DNA of 57,446 nucleotides, filler included, from Basidiobolus ranarum (Eukaryota): NCBI GenBank assembly GCA_040143965.1. It is 6 parts of 6 records of this genome, joined end to end, with 100 filler letters (N's around TTAATTAATTAA, not from the genome) between each part and the next. Parts side by side here need not be neighbours in the genome. Positions count along the whole stretch, not along the records: positions 1 to 9,503 come from JASJQH010007692.1; positions 9,604 to 19,099 come from JASJQH010007693.1; 4 more parts are not named here. One strand, 5' to 3'. Shown piece by piece: positions 1 to 12,155 of this stretch (position 1 is its first letter; each line of letters starts with the position of its first letter). The notes under the pieces were generated by a model. It saw only the letters and a program-made list of their open reading frames with translations, ran no database searches and was not told where the DNA came from. The position numbers and the translations under genes were made by a program.

Positions 1-294
1 TCATGTTAATCCTTTTCTTTTTGGTTCACTTTTACTTCTTCCCATCTCAAATACCACTTTTTTGTCGAGCGTAAATAAATCATTAGTTTGAGGCAAAAGT
101 GTATGTGATATTTATATGCAGCCAACCAAAAGTTCAAAACAAGCGGGATATTTTATATTACACTCAATACATTTCATATAGAAAAACCGCTATCAATAAA
201 TAAAAATTAAATGGAACAGAACACACCTATTACTATCAAACTATTTACGAATATTCTATGCTGCGGACGATTATAGGGTTAAATACTCATGAAA

Positions 295-3200
295 TTAAAC
301 GGAAGGGCCATTAGAGTTGGATAAAAATTCATAGAAATGTTCCGTTGTGTTCAATACGGTGGTCGACTGTTCGACCAGCTCTGACAGCCACGGTGGGAAC
401 ATGACTTCAATATCACTTGTATCAACAAGAGGCGAGACTTCGGTCTCAGTGGGTGTCTTTTGCATCATAGAAGAGACCTTGTTCGAGACGGGTTGGGTTG
501 TTGACGTGTACGAGCTACAAATATCCGAATCGATGTGCATGTGGAAAAGTTCTCGAAAAGGAGGGAGGGTTATGTAAGGGTTGAGCGATGGGAAGTACAA
601 TACGGGAAGTTTAACGTTATCGCTACTCTCGGGCAAGACCAAAGAGGTGATGTTGTCATTAGGTTGGGGGATAGAATCTACAGGACTATCGGATTCTTTG
701 CTGAAATCATCCATATCTTGTGCAGGTGCGTGATCCGGAGTGAGCTCCAGAATTTCAGATTGGTAACGGTCGTAGCGCGGGTATTCTTGAATTATGGTGG
801 GATTGATTTTGAGTTTGAGCTCACTCTCCAATTCAACCTGGAGTTCAGCACGGATCTCATACAATAGATAAAACATTTGATCCAGGCCATACTGAAGGGC
901 AGTTAGCATATATAAAGCATCCTCTATTGATCGGACAGCTCTATTCTGCAACTCTTGCTCATCAGCGGTGGCTCTGGAGACCAAGAGAAATTGACTGACT
1001 CGCGCATTCAGCACCTCGCGCTCAGCAGGCTTCAGCTGAAATTTACCCTGTCGCATATACTCGAGCCAGGAATCCGGGGCAATGGATAATACGTGTAGGA
1101 TCTGGAAAATCAGCCTCTTTAAAGCAGAAATATTATCAACCAGTCTCAAAACCCACGATATGAAGTTATGTGTGGGAGGTTTGTAGGGAACTTTCGCCAT
1201 GTTTTCTCTAAATAGTCGCATTCGCCCTTGTTGATCATATTTGCAGTGCTCTGCCATAAGAAACTGAATCGTAGAGGAGTTCAGCAATCCCAAAAAGTAG
1301 GAATAGTCAATATTTAGATGGGGCTTGACGGTAAAATATATGCACTACAATATTAAACTATTATTAGCCATCATATTCCATTCCTAACATTAATAGAGAT
1401 TGTAAAGACACAAACCTGATTGGTAACACAAACGGAGTTTTTATCAACAAAGAACCTTTGACGAGGCTACAGAAAAAAGACGACTTAGACTGTGACCATG
1501 GAAGAAAGATAGCAAGTTCAATAGTACCTGGTTCTTGGAAAAATATCCGTAATTGATAGGAGTGATGATTTTAATAGGAATATTCATGCTAGAGATACCC
1601 AAAAACTTGGTTAGCAAGAGAAATTTGACCATAGAGTATATTTAGATTTACCCGCATTTCTGAGTTCCACAGTACGCGATCTCTCTATCTTCAAAGGTGG
1701 GTTGCAGTTTTTCTCGAGCCTCTTTTAAATAATGATAAAAGGGGGAGGAGTTCAAGTGGGAGTCAGCGATGATTTTGGTTGATACAGCCTTGTCAACCAT
1801 AATCAAGGAATAATCAGTCCGCGGCATAACAGCTGTGTAAGATTCGGCAGGCGATCCCTCTTTTTTACTTAGTCGGTAGGGGTCTTTGTCTTCCCAGAAA
1901 CGATATTCCTTGACCTCTTTTTGACCATTGGCCATACCATTCCAGTAGAATACTGGTCTCAGCCACTGCTGACAGATATCCTCACCGAATTTCATTCGCC
2001 CCCATTCGGTCCTAACCACTAAAGCATATACGGGGTTGGTATTGGGACCACGGTGCCATATTAACGGGCAATCATTTGACCACTGCGAAGACTTTCCTGA
2101 GGCGTCGCAAATGCCAGCTAAATCTTTGACCAGCGCACGAATCGAAGTGCTGGTCGGAGAATTGGGCATGAGGAATGAGAAAGAGCGTCCATTCAGTTCT
2201 TGTTCTTGAGGGGATAGTTTGAACTCCATAAGAGTGTTTTTGTTGTCTCTATTGGGATCAGTAACAAATGCCTCATAGACTGAGAGTGTCTCCTCTAGTG
2301 AAGCCTTTCGATCCATATAACGTAGAAAAACAATCTGGTCATTAGGATTCCGATTCATCATGTCTTCTGACCTACGACGGACAATGAATATGAGCGAATC
2401 GGTTTGAACCTTCCTCCAGACTTTGTAAGGCTCGAATTGGTAGAATTCATGCAGCCAACAGTTTGTCCACATCCAAGCTCTGTGATATCGCCCGTTAGAA
2501 GAAAGTCTGATTTCATGTACACTTAATACCACTCTTACCTTAGTTTCTCGGCAAATTCTAGGGTCATCCATTGGCTAGCTATACATTCAAGTAGTCAATA
2601 ATCTGCTAAAACTAATAAAACCAAATGGCTCATACCTGTGATCAAGCAAAGAATTCCAGCATTAGATAACTTCTGAAGTGCAATCCAAATGAAGTAACTA
2701 TAGGCTTGTGTTCCCTTTCCACATAGAACAGAAGTATCGTAGAGTACCGGATCCGGTTCAGAAACTATGCCTGTTTTACGAATCATGTATGGAGGATTAG
2801 TGAGGATATAGTGAAACCGTACTCCACATGGGTCACGGAGCGAACTTAAATGATGTTTGGCCCAGGGATCAGAGCCCTCATCAGGCAGATAGAGTTTTAG
2901 AGTGTCGTTACAAAAGAGCTTTAACCTAGGAAGCTTGAAAGAATGTTTTTGGGAATTGTTTATCATCTGTAGCTCTAACCAACGTTTATAAAGAGGAACT
3001 AAATGGATCATTATGTTGAGTTTTCCTATGGTACTCGTAAATAAGTCGATTTCAATCCCCCAGATAGACTCTATGCAGGCGGACATTATCTCCTCAATCC
3101 TACTACTACTACTCCAAATAGTTGGGTTCAAACTGGCCAACTTGGTGACCTTGTTGATGTATTCACACAAGAACCCTCCAATTCCCATGCACGGATCTAG

Positions 3201-4091
3201 TGTGGCCGGGAGTGTCAAAGGCTCTCCTTTATTCTCTGATATAAGTTTTACTAAGTCCATGGACTCTCCTTTTTCTGATTTCAGCACTCTATCCCACATA
3301 AACTTGACAACTGACCGCGGTGTGAAAAACTGTCCTCTATCCTTTTGATGCTGTTGAGCAGAAGCGTTTAAAAAATGGCTCATATAGAACGTGGAGTAAA
3401 TGGTCTCCACGTAATCTAGACTTGTAAAACTGATCCTTTCTTTCTTAATCAGATTTCCGAGTAGCTGAATAAAATCTTGATTTGCGGTTATACCCAAAAA
3501 ATGATAATGCCAGAGGTAAGAGTTGAAAGATCCGAGGAGCATGTGATTGTCTGCATCGTGAAAAAGATCTTGAAAACTGCACAAGGAAGACTGCTCATGT
3601 TTAATTGATAGATAGGCAACCTGGACCTCCCCAATCAATTCATGTAAAAGTCTATCAAAGAATAACTGACATACGGTGCTAAAAGCAACCATCAAGCAGT
3701 AAAAATCTACCACGAAATGGTGAGTGTCTTCCTCATCTTCTGTAGCTAGGATCTCATTTAATTCTGAAAGGGAAGTTAACGCGTGAAAGTTCATAGGATC
3801 CGGACTCGCAGAATAAAGAAGCTGATTTAACTCCTTAAGAATTTGTGTTTGTAGACTCTTAATTTCAGCTAATAACAGGTTAAAGAGTTGCCAAGTAGAG
3901 AGTGAAAATTGAGAATACTTACTATTTGATTGATCCAATAGACAAGAATGAACGTGTATTTTGACAGCAAGAAGCGTCCGAGCTAAACATTTGACCGCTT
4001 TATTTACGGGTGGGTCTGCTTCTGAAAAGATTTTCGGTTGTTCGAAAGAACCTAGTACAGGTTCATTTATATTTAGTGTTTCTAAGAGCAT
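295..4091 (-). CDS. Spliced N6-adenine (or N4-cytosine) DNA methyltransferase, gamma-class / TaqI-Eco57I-type IIG-like, with C-terminal target-recognition domain; ~1161 aa; exons 4091-2636, 2578-2539, 2479-1652, 1588-1528, 1466-1416, 1344-295
   Basis: Motifs: GQFFTPRSVVKFM (motif X), LDPCMGIGGFL (SAM-binding motif I), IWGIEID, ILTNPPY (catalytic motif IV, 2787-2798). After splicing: LCLITASQWMTLEFAEKLR, QTDSLIFIV, PIKIITP, QRFFVD..VTNQCIYF, YFLGLLNS..LFRENMAKVPY and GLDQMFYLLYEI. Five GT-AG introns (57, 59, 63, 61, 71 nt) join the listed ORFs into 3486 nt with no stop. Confidence 0.9.
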
Positions 4092-5683
4092 TTAATAAAG
4101 ACCCGGCAAATCCTCAAAAGCATTCCTCTCCTGTATGCGAGTTCAAGTGGTTACAGGTTTGTATGGAGTTATTTGGAAATAATATCCATACAAATAGGGA
4201 GAAATAAGGAATATCTGCTGAATGCTCAACCTATAAGCAAATACTTGAGCCAAATTAATTTGGTAGGCCAACAACGACACTACCTGGTATATATTACTTC
4301 TGATTGGCCAGGAGGTCGACTGATTTCTCATAGATTTAGCTAAATATTTACATAACATATTGCTTTGAGTATTAGTTTATGAGGTCAGACGAAATGGACT
4401 AAAGCACACAGTGGACATACAAATACTTGGTATCAACCTCTTACAAAAGCACACAGCCAAATAGGACTAGTGCAGGAAACATATATACCAAAAGTAGCTT
4501 AGACCCAAGATCAAGGAATTGGCCAGTGAATAGAATAAACCGCCTCAAGCACTGGTCAGAATGAAATCTCAAATCCCACGATTCTAATTGAGAGCCAGAA
4601 TAGCTCTGAGTTACATTTAAAATGAAAGAAGGGCAATAATATACAGTCTCTGGTATACCCAGGCCACGCTAGCATAGCTTAGGTTGGAGAACAGATGACC
4701 GACGGTAATGAAGGGGGAAGCTGTAGAGTCGATGCGTGTATTCTATCCGAAATACCACTACTGTGCTTTCCAAACCAATGGCCTTGTTGAGGGCACCATT
4801 TAAGTATCAAGCTAATCAGATTACACTTCCTCCGATCCTGTCGGCAACGGGGGATTTCAGATAATCATGCGATGCTTAATGACAACGTTAAACAGAACGC
4901 CAAGCGACGGACTATCAGCCATTCTATTCCACAAGTGCGTTTTAAGATAAATTAAAATTGCTTTGGTGTAACGTCCTTAGGAGTGTTGCCCAAGTTCTTG
5001 TGAAACATATTGTTGTTATCCTCAGAATGCCTGACCCAAATGCAGTCATGCCGTTGTCCCATGTATGGCCTGATTGGCATTTTTGGATGGCACGCTGACC
5101 CTTTCACTATTAAAACCTAAATGTGCTGGTAACAATCAATAAATGATCCTAATAATATTGCGAGATACATCTTGCTCAAATGCCGCTTATGAGTTTGATG
5201 GGATTATGGAGAATATATTTGATTCGAGCAAGTCACAGCTGCAAATCCTGGTAATTGAACTGTCCGGTTGTCAGTTGTGGATGTATTGATTTCAATTATT
5301 TCCTTGTTGGTTCGCCCCAATTAATTATTTATCTTAAGCGGTCGATAAGGCGTAAACTTGATAGGAGAGAGCATTGGACGGTGTGTAGATAATCCTAAGC
5401 TCACTTTTGCCCTTGTATTCCGTTCCTCTCTACTACTTTGGATTGTAACTGATAGGTTTTTACCTAAAACACCCCTATTTCCTTCTTTACCCTCAAAGAA
5501 AATCTTCAAAATTGCTGAACCTCACTGTTCTCAAAGTAGTAAACTTGCGCTTCACTTTTATTTACTGTATCTCAACTATTCCCAGAATTTCACAAGCGAG
5601 TAGCCTTGTATATATTTTATTTCGTTTCGTTGTTTCTTTGCTTTCTTACTCCAAGCTTTCTTCATATCGCTCAGCCATTCCTC

Positions 5684-8600
5684 ATGATGAGTAGACAGGT
5701 ACCCTATTCAGCCGCTGAAGGCCCACGCATCCCTTTGCTGAAAGCTTATCAAGTGGGTGAGGCTCATTCTGCTCTAAATTTGCCGATATCTCCAGAATCT
5801 CTAGAGATGTCACTTGAAGCCAGCGATACTTTATCTTCCTTTAGTCCAAGTGAAGAACTTGGGTATGAACTTTCACCCTCAAGAGATTCTATAGCAAGTA
5901 CAAGCCAATTACTTGGGAACAAACCTCAGGGTAAAGCGTACTCTGATTTTGGTGGAAGAGGTTAGAATTTTTTACTTAGCTTAACTCTCCTTCCTGTTTT
6001 ATCTGAAAACTTGACTTTAAAGACAGTACATTACGGCCACCTGCTCGTGGTCATCGGGTTAGGAGCAATTCTGATGGGGAATTTGCAAGAATGTCTCGTA
6101 CAAGTGAGACCATGAGCATTCCTAAGAAGAGTCCTATAATTTATCCCGCTTTGCTGTCAAGGGTAGCCGAAATTTTCCGGGAGAAGGTTGTCCTGCAGAA
6201 CCACATGAAAGATTCCCTAGAGTATAAGGATTGTTTTACGGGACGCGAGGCAGTTGTATGTAGCCTCTTTATTGTCTTTCGATACAGAAATAATTGACTC
6301 ACTTGAAAACTTAGGATATTATCTGCTATATCATTCGGACAAGTGACAGAAACCTCGCTTTGCTTTTAGGTCGTGCTTTGGATGCCCAAAAGATGTTTCA
6401 TGACGTCACTTACGAGCATAGGTTAAGGGACAGTATTAACGAATTGTATAAATTTGATGAGTTGATTACCTCTTCATTTGACGAAGATGAGCCAGATAAA
6501 TATGCCGTAGATTTAGAAGATTCAGAGCCTAGCTCTGCGGTGAACGGTATCTTCACCTTGTTGGCTGACTGTTACTCCCCAACATGCACCCGCGATAAAC
6601 TTTGCTACAGTATTGCTTGTCCAAGACGACTTGAGCAGGTATTTCCAGTTTCATACCAGGACTTTTGGTTTACCCCTAACGACCATATTAAACTGTAGCA
6701 AGCGAGATTGAATATGACACCTAGTGCCGGATTAAAGCGAACCGATAGTCGCTCTTCCCTCCATGATAAGCAGGTAGGTACACTGTTTACTGTGAAAGTT
6801 AGTAGAATAGCATTTTGACAAATCAACGTAGGAGAAACAGGATTTCTGGATCAATTCTGTCCCCAAAGATATCGCAGATATGGTTTCAAAGGAGGAACAG
6901 AAGCGACAAGAGATCATTTTTGAAGTAATCTATACTGAGAGGGATTTTGTTCGTGACCTCGAGATACTCAATGAGGTATTTCGTATTACAATAGGATGTG
7001 TTGTCAAATTGTTCTTAATTGGTGAACTTTGTAGCTCTACATGGCACCATTGATGTATGGTAATGTGATAGAGGAGACAAGAAGAGAGAGTTTCGGTCGG
7101 GAAGTATTTTATAATGTAATGGAGGTGTATTCAGTGGGGTCCAAATTAAGTGATGATCTTATCAAAAGGCAAAATGAAAGGGCTGTTGTTGAGCAGATAG
7201 GAGATGTATTCCTAAAGCATGCAGGGAATTTCAAGCCTTTTGTAAGCTATGGTGCACATCAGGTCTATTCTAAATATTCCTTGGAGGTGGAATCTAAGCG
7301 AAATTCTAGACTAGCTAAATTTTTGGAGGTAATAGGCATCTCATATACTATATGGAATTATTCCTCTAACTGTTGCTTTTCAGGAGAGGGAGCGTTTGCC
7401 GGAATCTCGCAAGCTGCCAATTTATAGTTTTTTGGGCCGCCCGACTACAAGACTTGGGCGGTATCCTTTGCTACTTGAAGCCGTAGTCAAGCATACTCCA
7501 GACGGTCATCCAGATAAGCGTGATTTGCCAATTGTAATCGAAGCAATCAAAGGATTGTTATCACAGGTCAACACAGAGACTGGTCGAGCGGACAACAAGC
7601 TTCGCTTAACCAAACTAAACGAAGCTTTGTTCTCGAAAAACAACGATATTAAGGTTTGGTTCAAAGCTTGGCTTATCATGGTCACTCGTATCATATACAT
7701 AGTAACCTATACATGTGTTATAGGATTTAAGGCTGCTGGATGAATGTCGTCAATTAATCAGGGATGGCCCCATCAAGAAACGTTCGGGTGTCGAACAAGT
7801 AGAATTGACTATATTCTTGTTTGACCATATGTTACTACTTACAAAGAAGAAGAAAACTAAAGATTCCGACTCCTATGAGTATAAGATCCATAAGAAGGTA
7901 AGCATGCTTTCGCTATTGTAGCCAAGACCGTTCGACTAACTGGAGCTTGCTTTAGCCAATCCCCCTAGAGCTTCTCTCTCTATCGTCTGTAGATGAAGTA
8001 GCCCCACGGGTAACTGCAAGGCGCTCTAGCGCTGTATTCCTGGGCAAAAACCATTTACCTGGAGCCGCTGCTCCCAAATATATTTCAGAGATAGGAAAAG
8101 GAGGCTATCCACTAACGATCACGCATCTTGGGAGAAATGGTGGTAATCATACACTTTATGCGGCTAGTCAGGCGGATCTACAGATGTGGAAAGAAAAGAT
8201 TGAGCAACAACGAACTTCAATCACTGAGAAGAACAAGACATTTGATTTAGAGGTGTTGACAGATATCACCTTTAATACAACCAACAAAGTCACCTGTTCG
8301 GCTATCATCGGTAAGTAAAGCGATCCTTTGAGACTATTGTTGCATGATGTTCTGTGATTGATATCTGTTCAGATTTCAGCAGAACAATCGTTATTGGAGC
8401 TGAAGACGGCGTATATACTGGCATCGAGGGATCACGCAAGAGTTTTAGGAAGATCATCGAAATCGAACGAGTCTCGCAGATCTCTGTATTAGAAAGCTAC
8501 AACATTCTTCTTGTGTTAGCAGGTGATTCCCGAGCCATGTGTTTAGAGCTATGCTGTTACTAAATATCTACGTAATATTGTTCAGATAAGGTTCTTGTGA

Positions 8601-9503
8601 CTTTTCCGCTAGCAACACTCGAGTCGTCAGAGTTGGTGACCATTAAGCGGGCGCGGAAAATCAGTTCTCACGTAAGCTTTTTCAAGGTTGGAGTCTGTTT
8701 AGGAAGAACTTTGGTTTGTGTGGTGAAATCCACTGCTTTATCCTCAACAATTAAGACCTATGAGCCGATCCCAGTGGACACTATAAAGAAAAAAGGATCC
8801 TTAGGCAGGCTGTTGATCAGAGGTGGCGGCGACGGAATGAAAGTGTATAAGGTTGTAGATAGAGCGGCATCCAAAGATTGAAACACCAACTAATGATCTC
8901 TTATACAGGAATTCTACATACCTACGGAATCATCGTCGGTTCATTTCCTAAGGTCCAAGCTTTGCGTTGGATGCACCAAGGGATTCGAGATAGTTGATCT
9001 GGAGTCACTTAATACGCAAGGTTAGTCATGTAATTCAGCTGACAAAAATACATTTGTGTGTTCTCAACTAGTTCTTCAGACTTGCTGGACCCCGCCGACG
9101 ACAATCTTGGCTTCGTTTTGAAGAGAGAGAACATTAGACCCATAAGTATTTTTAGGATTCGAGATGGCGATTTTCTTCTTTGCTATGATGGTGACGAGAT
9201 TTCTTATTTTGTTGAAATGGATAGTTGACTAATGTGTTGCATGTATCAGAGTTTGCATTCTACGTGAACAAGAACGGCCGACGATCTCGATGCAGCTTCA
9301 TTATTAACTGGGAAGGATCGCCGTCTGCTTTTGGTAGAGTCGTTTTTTAATATGCGGAGGTAGGCATTGAAGAGTTATATTCTAAAGTTTGTTTTTCTAG
9401 CCTTTCAATACCCATTTGTCATTGCATTTGACCCCTCATTTATCGAAATTCGGCATATTGAGACGGGCGAGCTTGCACAAGTGATTATAGCAAAGAATTT
9501 ACG
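5684..9503 (+). CDS. Rho1 guanine nucleotide exchange factor, Rom1/Rom2/Rgf1 family (DEP-DH-PH-CNH); multi-exon, 3' truncated at contig end
   Basis: IYPALLSRVAE, YKDCFTGREAVD (DEP), LLGRALDAQKMFHDVTYEHRLRDS, CYSPTCTRDKLCYSIACPRRLEQ, KRQEIIFEVIYTERDFVRDL (DH), FLGRPTTRLGRYPLLL, CNH-type VGCTKGFEIVDLE and AFDPSFIEIRH; many short GT-AG introns. Confidence 0.93.
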
Positions 9504-9603
9504 NNNNNNNNNNNNNNNNNNNNNNNNNNNNNNNNNNNNNNNNNNNNTTAATTAATTAANNNNNNNNNNNNNNNNNNNNNNNNNNNNNNNNNNNNNNNNN
9601 NNN
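9504..9603. other. Artificial contig spacer (N44-TTAATTAATTAA-N44)
   Basis: 100-nt N run with a six-frame stop linker; identical at five positions. Confidence 0.97.
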
Positions 9604-10199
9604 AGTAGCTCCTCAATGGGGGCATATATATTCTCTTGTTGGCATCAATATTCCTCCCCATGGCTAAGCTTTCTGAATCAAGTTTGTTGAATTTGCATTG
9701 GGTTATCAGTTTGACCTGATTTTTGTTCCTGCAGGGAGGGAGATCTGAAAGTCCTTATTGTGACAGTAGATGAGGAAAGAGAGAAGAAAGGAACCATATT
9801 TCTTTGTTGTTGTCATTCAAACAACTGGTTGTCACATTTAACTGCCTGGTGGATAGCATCAGTCAATGTCACTAGGTCAGCCATAGGGAGTTAAAGATCT
9901 TTAATATTTTCTTAAAGTCCCTATGTGAACTGGTTGATCAGAGCATATTCTCCCCAATTGAGATCACAGGCAAGAAGGCAAAATTCTGCAGTGTAAGTTG
10001 ATGCAGGCTTTGACCCTTGTTTTAGTGCATAGAGTTTGGTAGCTTAAGCTCTTGCTTTGTCCGCATTTCCAAATGTAACTTCCAGTTAGGCAAGGAAGTT
10101 TGAAAGTGTTGAAGATTGACTTTTCATCAAAGGAGCAATCCAAGTTCAAGTGTTGGGGTGTTAGTGACTACAAGGACCAATACAAATAGGGATGATGTA

Positions 10200-12155
10200 A
10201 GAATGATCAGGTGAGCTTGCATAGAAGGTCAAGGCAGAAGCACAATTTATGTGGGATGACAGGAATGGTTAGGCTTTATGGAATGTTCCAAAGAACATAA
10301 CTTCCAAATAAGGTTACCAGGATGAATTAGCACATGATTACCAAAAAAGAATGGTGCAGCAGATATGATGTGACAATCTAATAATATAAGAGTTCCATTT
10401 GCAGAGGATTAGTATGCAAAGATCAGAATCATGACATATAAAGTACAATCTGCACTATCACTGGGAACAAGTCCATAGATTTCTTAAACTTATGCTGGAA
10501 ACCTCAAACCTTGCACAAATATTCCTGGGATCTTGGTTAACAGATCTTACTCATTAGTTGGCTTACATCTTAACAAAACTATAATTGTCAACTTTCTACT
10601 CAGTAAATCAAAATATGAAAATTACAGATATCTCTAATTCTCCCAACCACTTTTCAAGAGGCTCCCAAATAGCTTAACAATATCTGTCTTAAATTAGATT
10701 CTAAGGAATTACATCAGTTAATCAAGATTAGTCATTATGAGTTTGGCAGATAGCTTAGATTTAGCTCTTTCCAAGGTATTCTGGTCAATTGCTGATTTAA
10801 TAAGTTCATCTACATATAAGGCTAATAAAATGGATTTGTCTTATCTGGCCTGAGGTAGATACTGAAGTTGGAATTACTCTCTTACAATTTAAGTATTTAC
10901 AAAAAAAGCATCTATCTTGCTATTCCAAGCTCTTGGACAGTATTTTAAGCTATAGAGTGCTTTCCAGAGTCTGCATATGTTTTTGGTGTTCTGTAGCTCC
11001 ACAAATTACGCTGGCTGGTTCCTGTAGAGCTCCTCACAAGCTCACCATGCAAAGAGGCTGCCTTAATATTCATTTGATGTACCATGAACTGTTATGTTGC
11101 TGATATTGCTAAAATCATTCTAATTGAATTAAACTCCACCTTAGGAGCAAACATTTATGTAAAATACATTCCTTGTACCTGGGATTAGGACTTGAAAGCT
11201 AGTCTAGACTTGTACCTTTCATCATTGCCATCAAGGTTGCATATAACCTAAAACCTCCATTGGCAGCCAATTGATTTTCAATCATCAGGTAAGTTGGTCA
11301 AAATCCAAGCTTGATTATCAGCCAATATCCGGTTCTCATCACCCATTTCAGATCTCAAAAATTTTGCATGAGAGCCATTCAGGGCCACTTATCCAGTCTG
11401 CAGCTTAAGTGCTTGAGCTGAGTAGATACAAGCCCACTTTTGGGACTAATTGATATAGCAATCAGGACTATTGCAGATCAAATTTGATCTCTGGGCTTGG
11501 GACAAACCTACTGCAACTTTGCATTGTATTGGGCACTCCAGCAGGCTGAATTTTAACTGATGGGCCCACAGGAAAGTCAGTTTCTTCATTATATTGGTTT
11601 GAATCAATTTCAATAATTAGATGAGGAGAAATTGAATTTTGTCTTTATCTGAGGTCATTTAGGGTGTACAATGTTCATTTACATAAAAAAACATCTCTGG
11701 ACTTGCTTCACATTACAATTTTGGGATCATTAAGTCTGCGTGCCTTAGTTTCAGTACAATAACTCAGAAATATGCATTTCTTACTTTTTGGATAAGAGTG
11801 AGACCGACATCTGCATCCAACAATCCTCTACTGTTTTACAATTGGTTCAGCTCCAAATCAAGCTTCATATGGCATAATATTAGACAGACTTCTGGTTTAA
11901 CTCTCATTCTTTGAATATACATCTGTAGCAATGGATTCTGTCCAGAACTTATGAGATGAATTTTGTGCATTTATGATGCATTGGACCATTCCTAATATAA
12001 TCCCATTAGCTCTTTCACTAACTCTGTTTTGTCAAGGTGAGTCAGAGGCGGTAGTTTCTTATTTCATTCCATGAACTTTGAAAAGTGATTTAGTAGTGTT
12101 GAAGTATATTCTCCACCATTGTCAGTATGTATCTTCTTAATTTTAGTTACTACAT
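10200..12155 (-). mobile_element. Degenerate Ty1/copia pol fragment (integrase, reverse transcriptase, probable RNase H)
   Basis: Minus-strand IKKIHTDNGGEYTS (integrase core) at ~12100-12140 and VHQM..KAA.LHG RT motif at ~11045-11085; many stops and frameshifts. Left boundary is approximate. Confidence 0.8.

Noticed and set aside
295-4091. Bacterial contaminant, or frameshifted pseudogene / operon of four ORFs
   Set aside because: Every frame break is explained by a canonical spliceosomal intron, and the contig also carries an intron-rich fungal RhoGEF.
9548-9559. TTAATTAATTAA as a periodic biological repeat
   Set aside because: Six-frame stop linker embedded in N runs.
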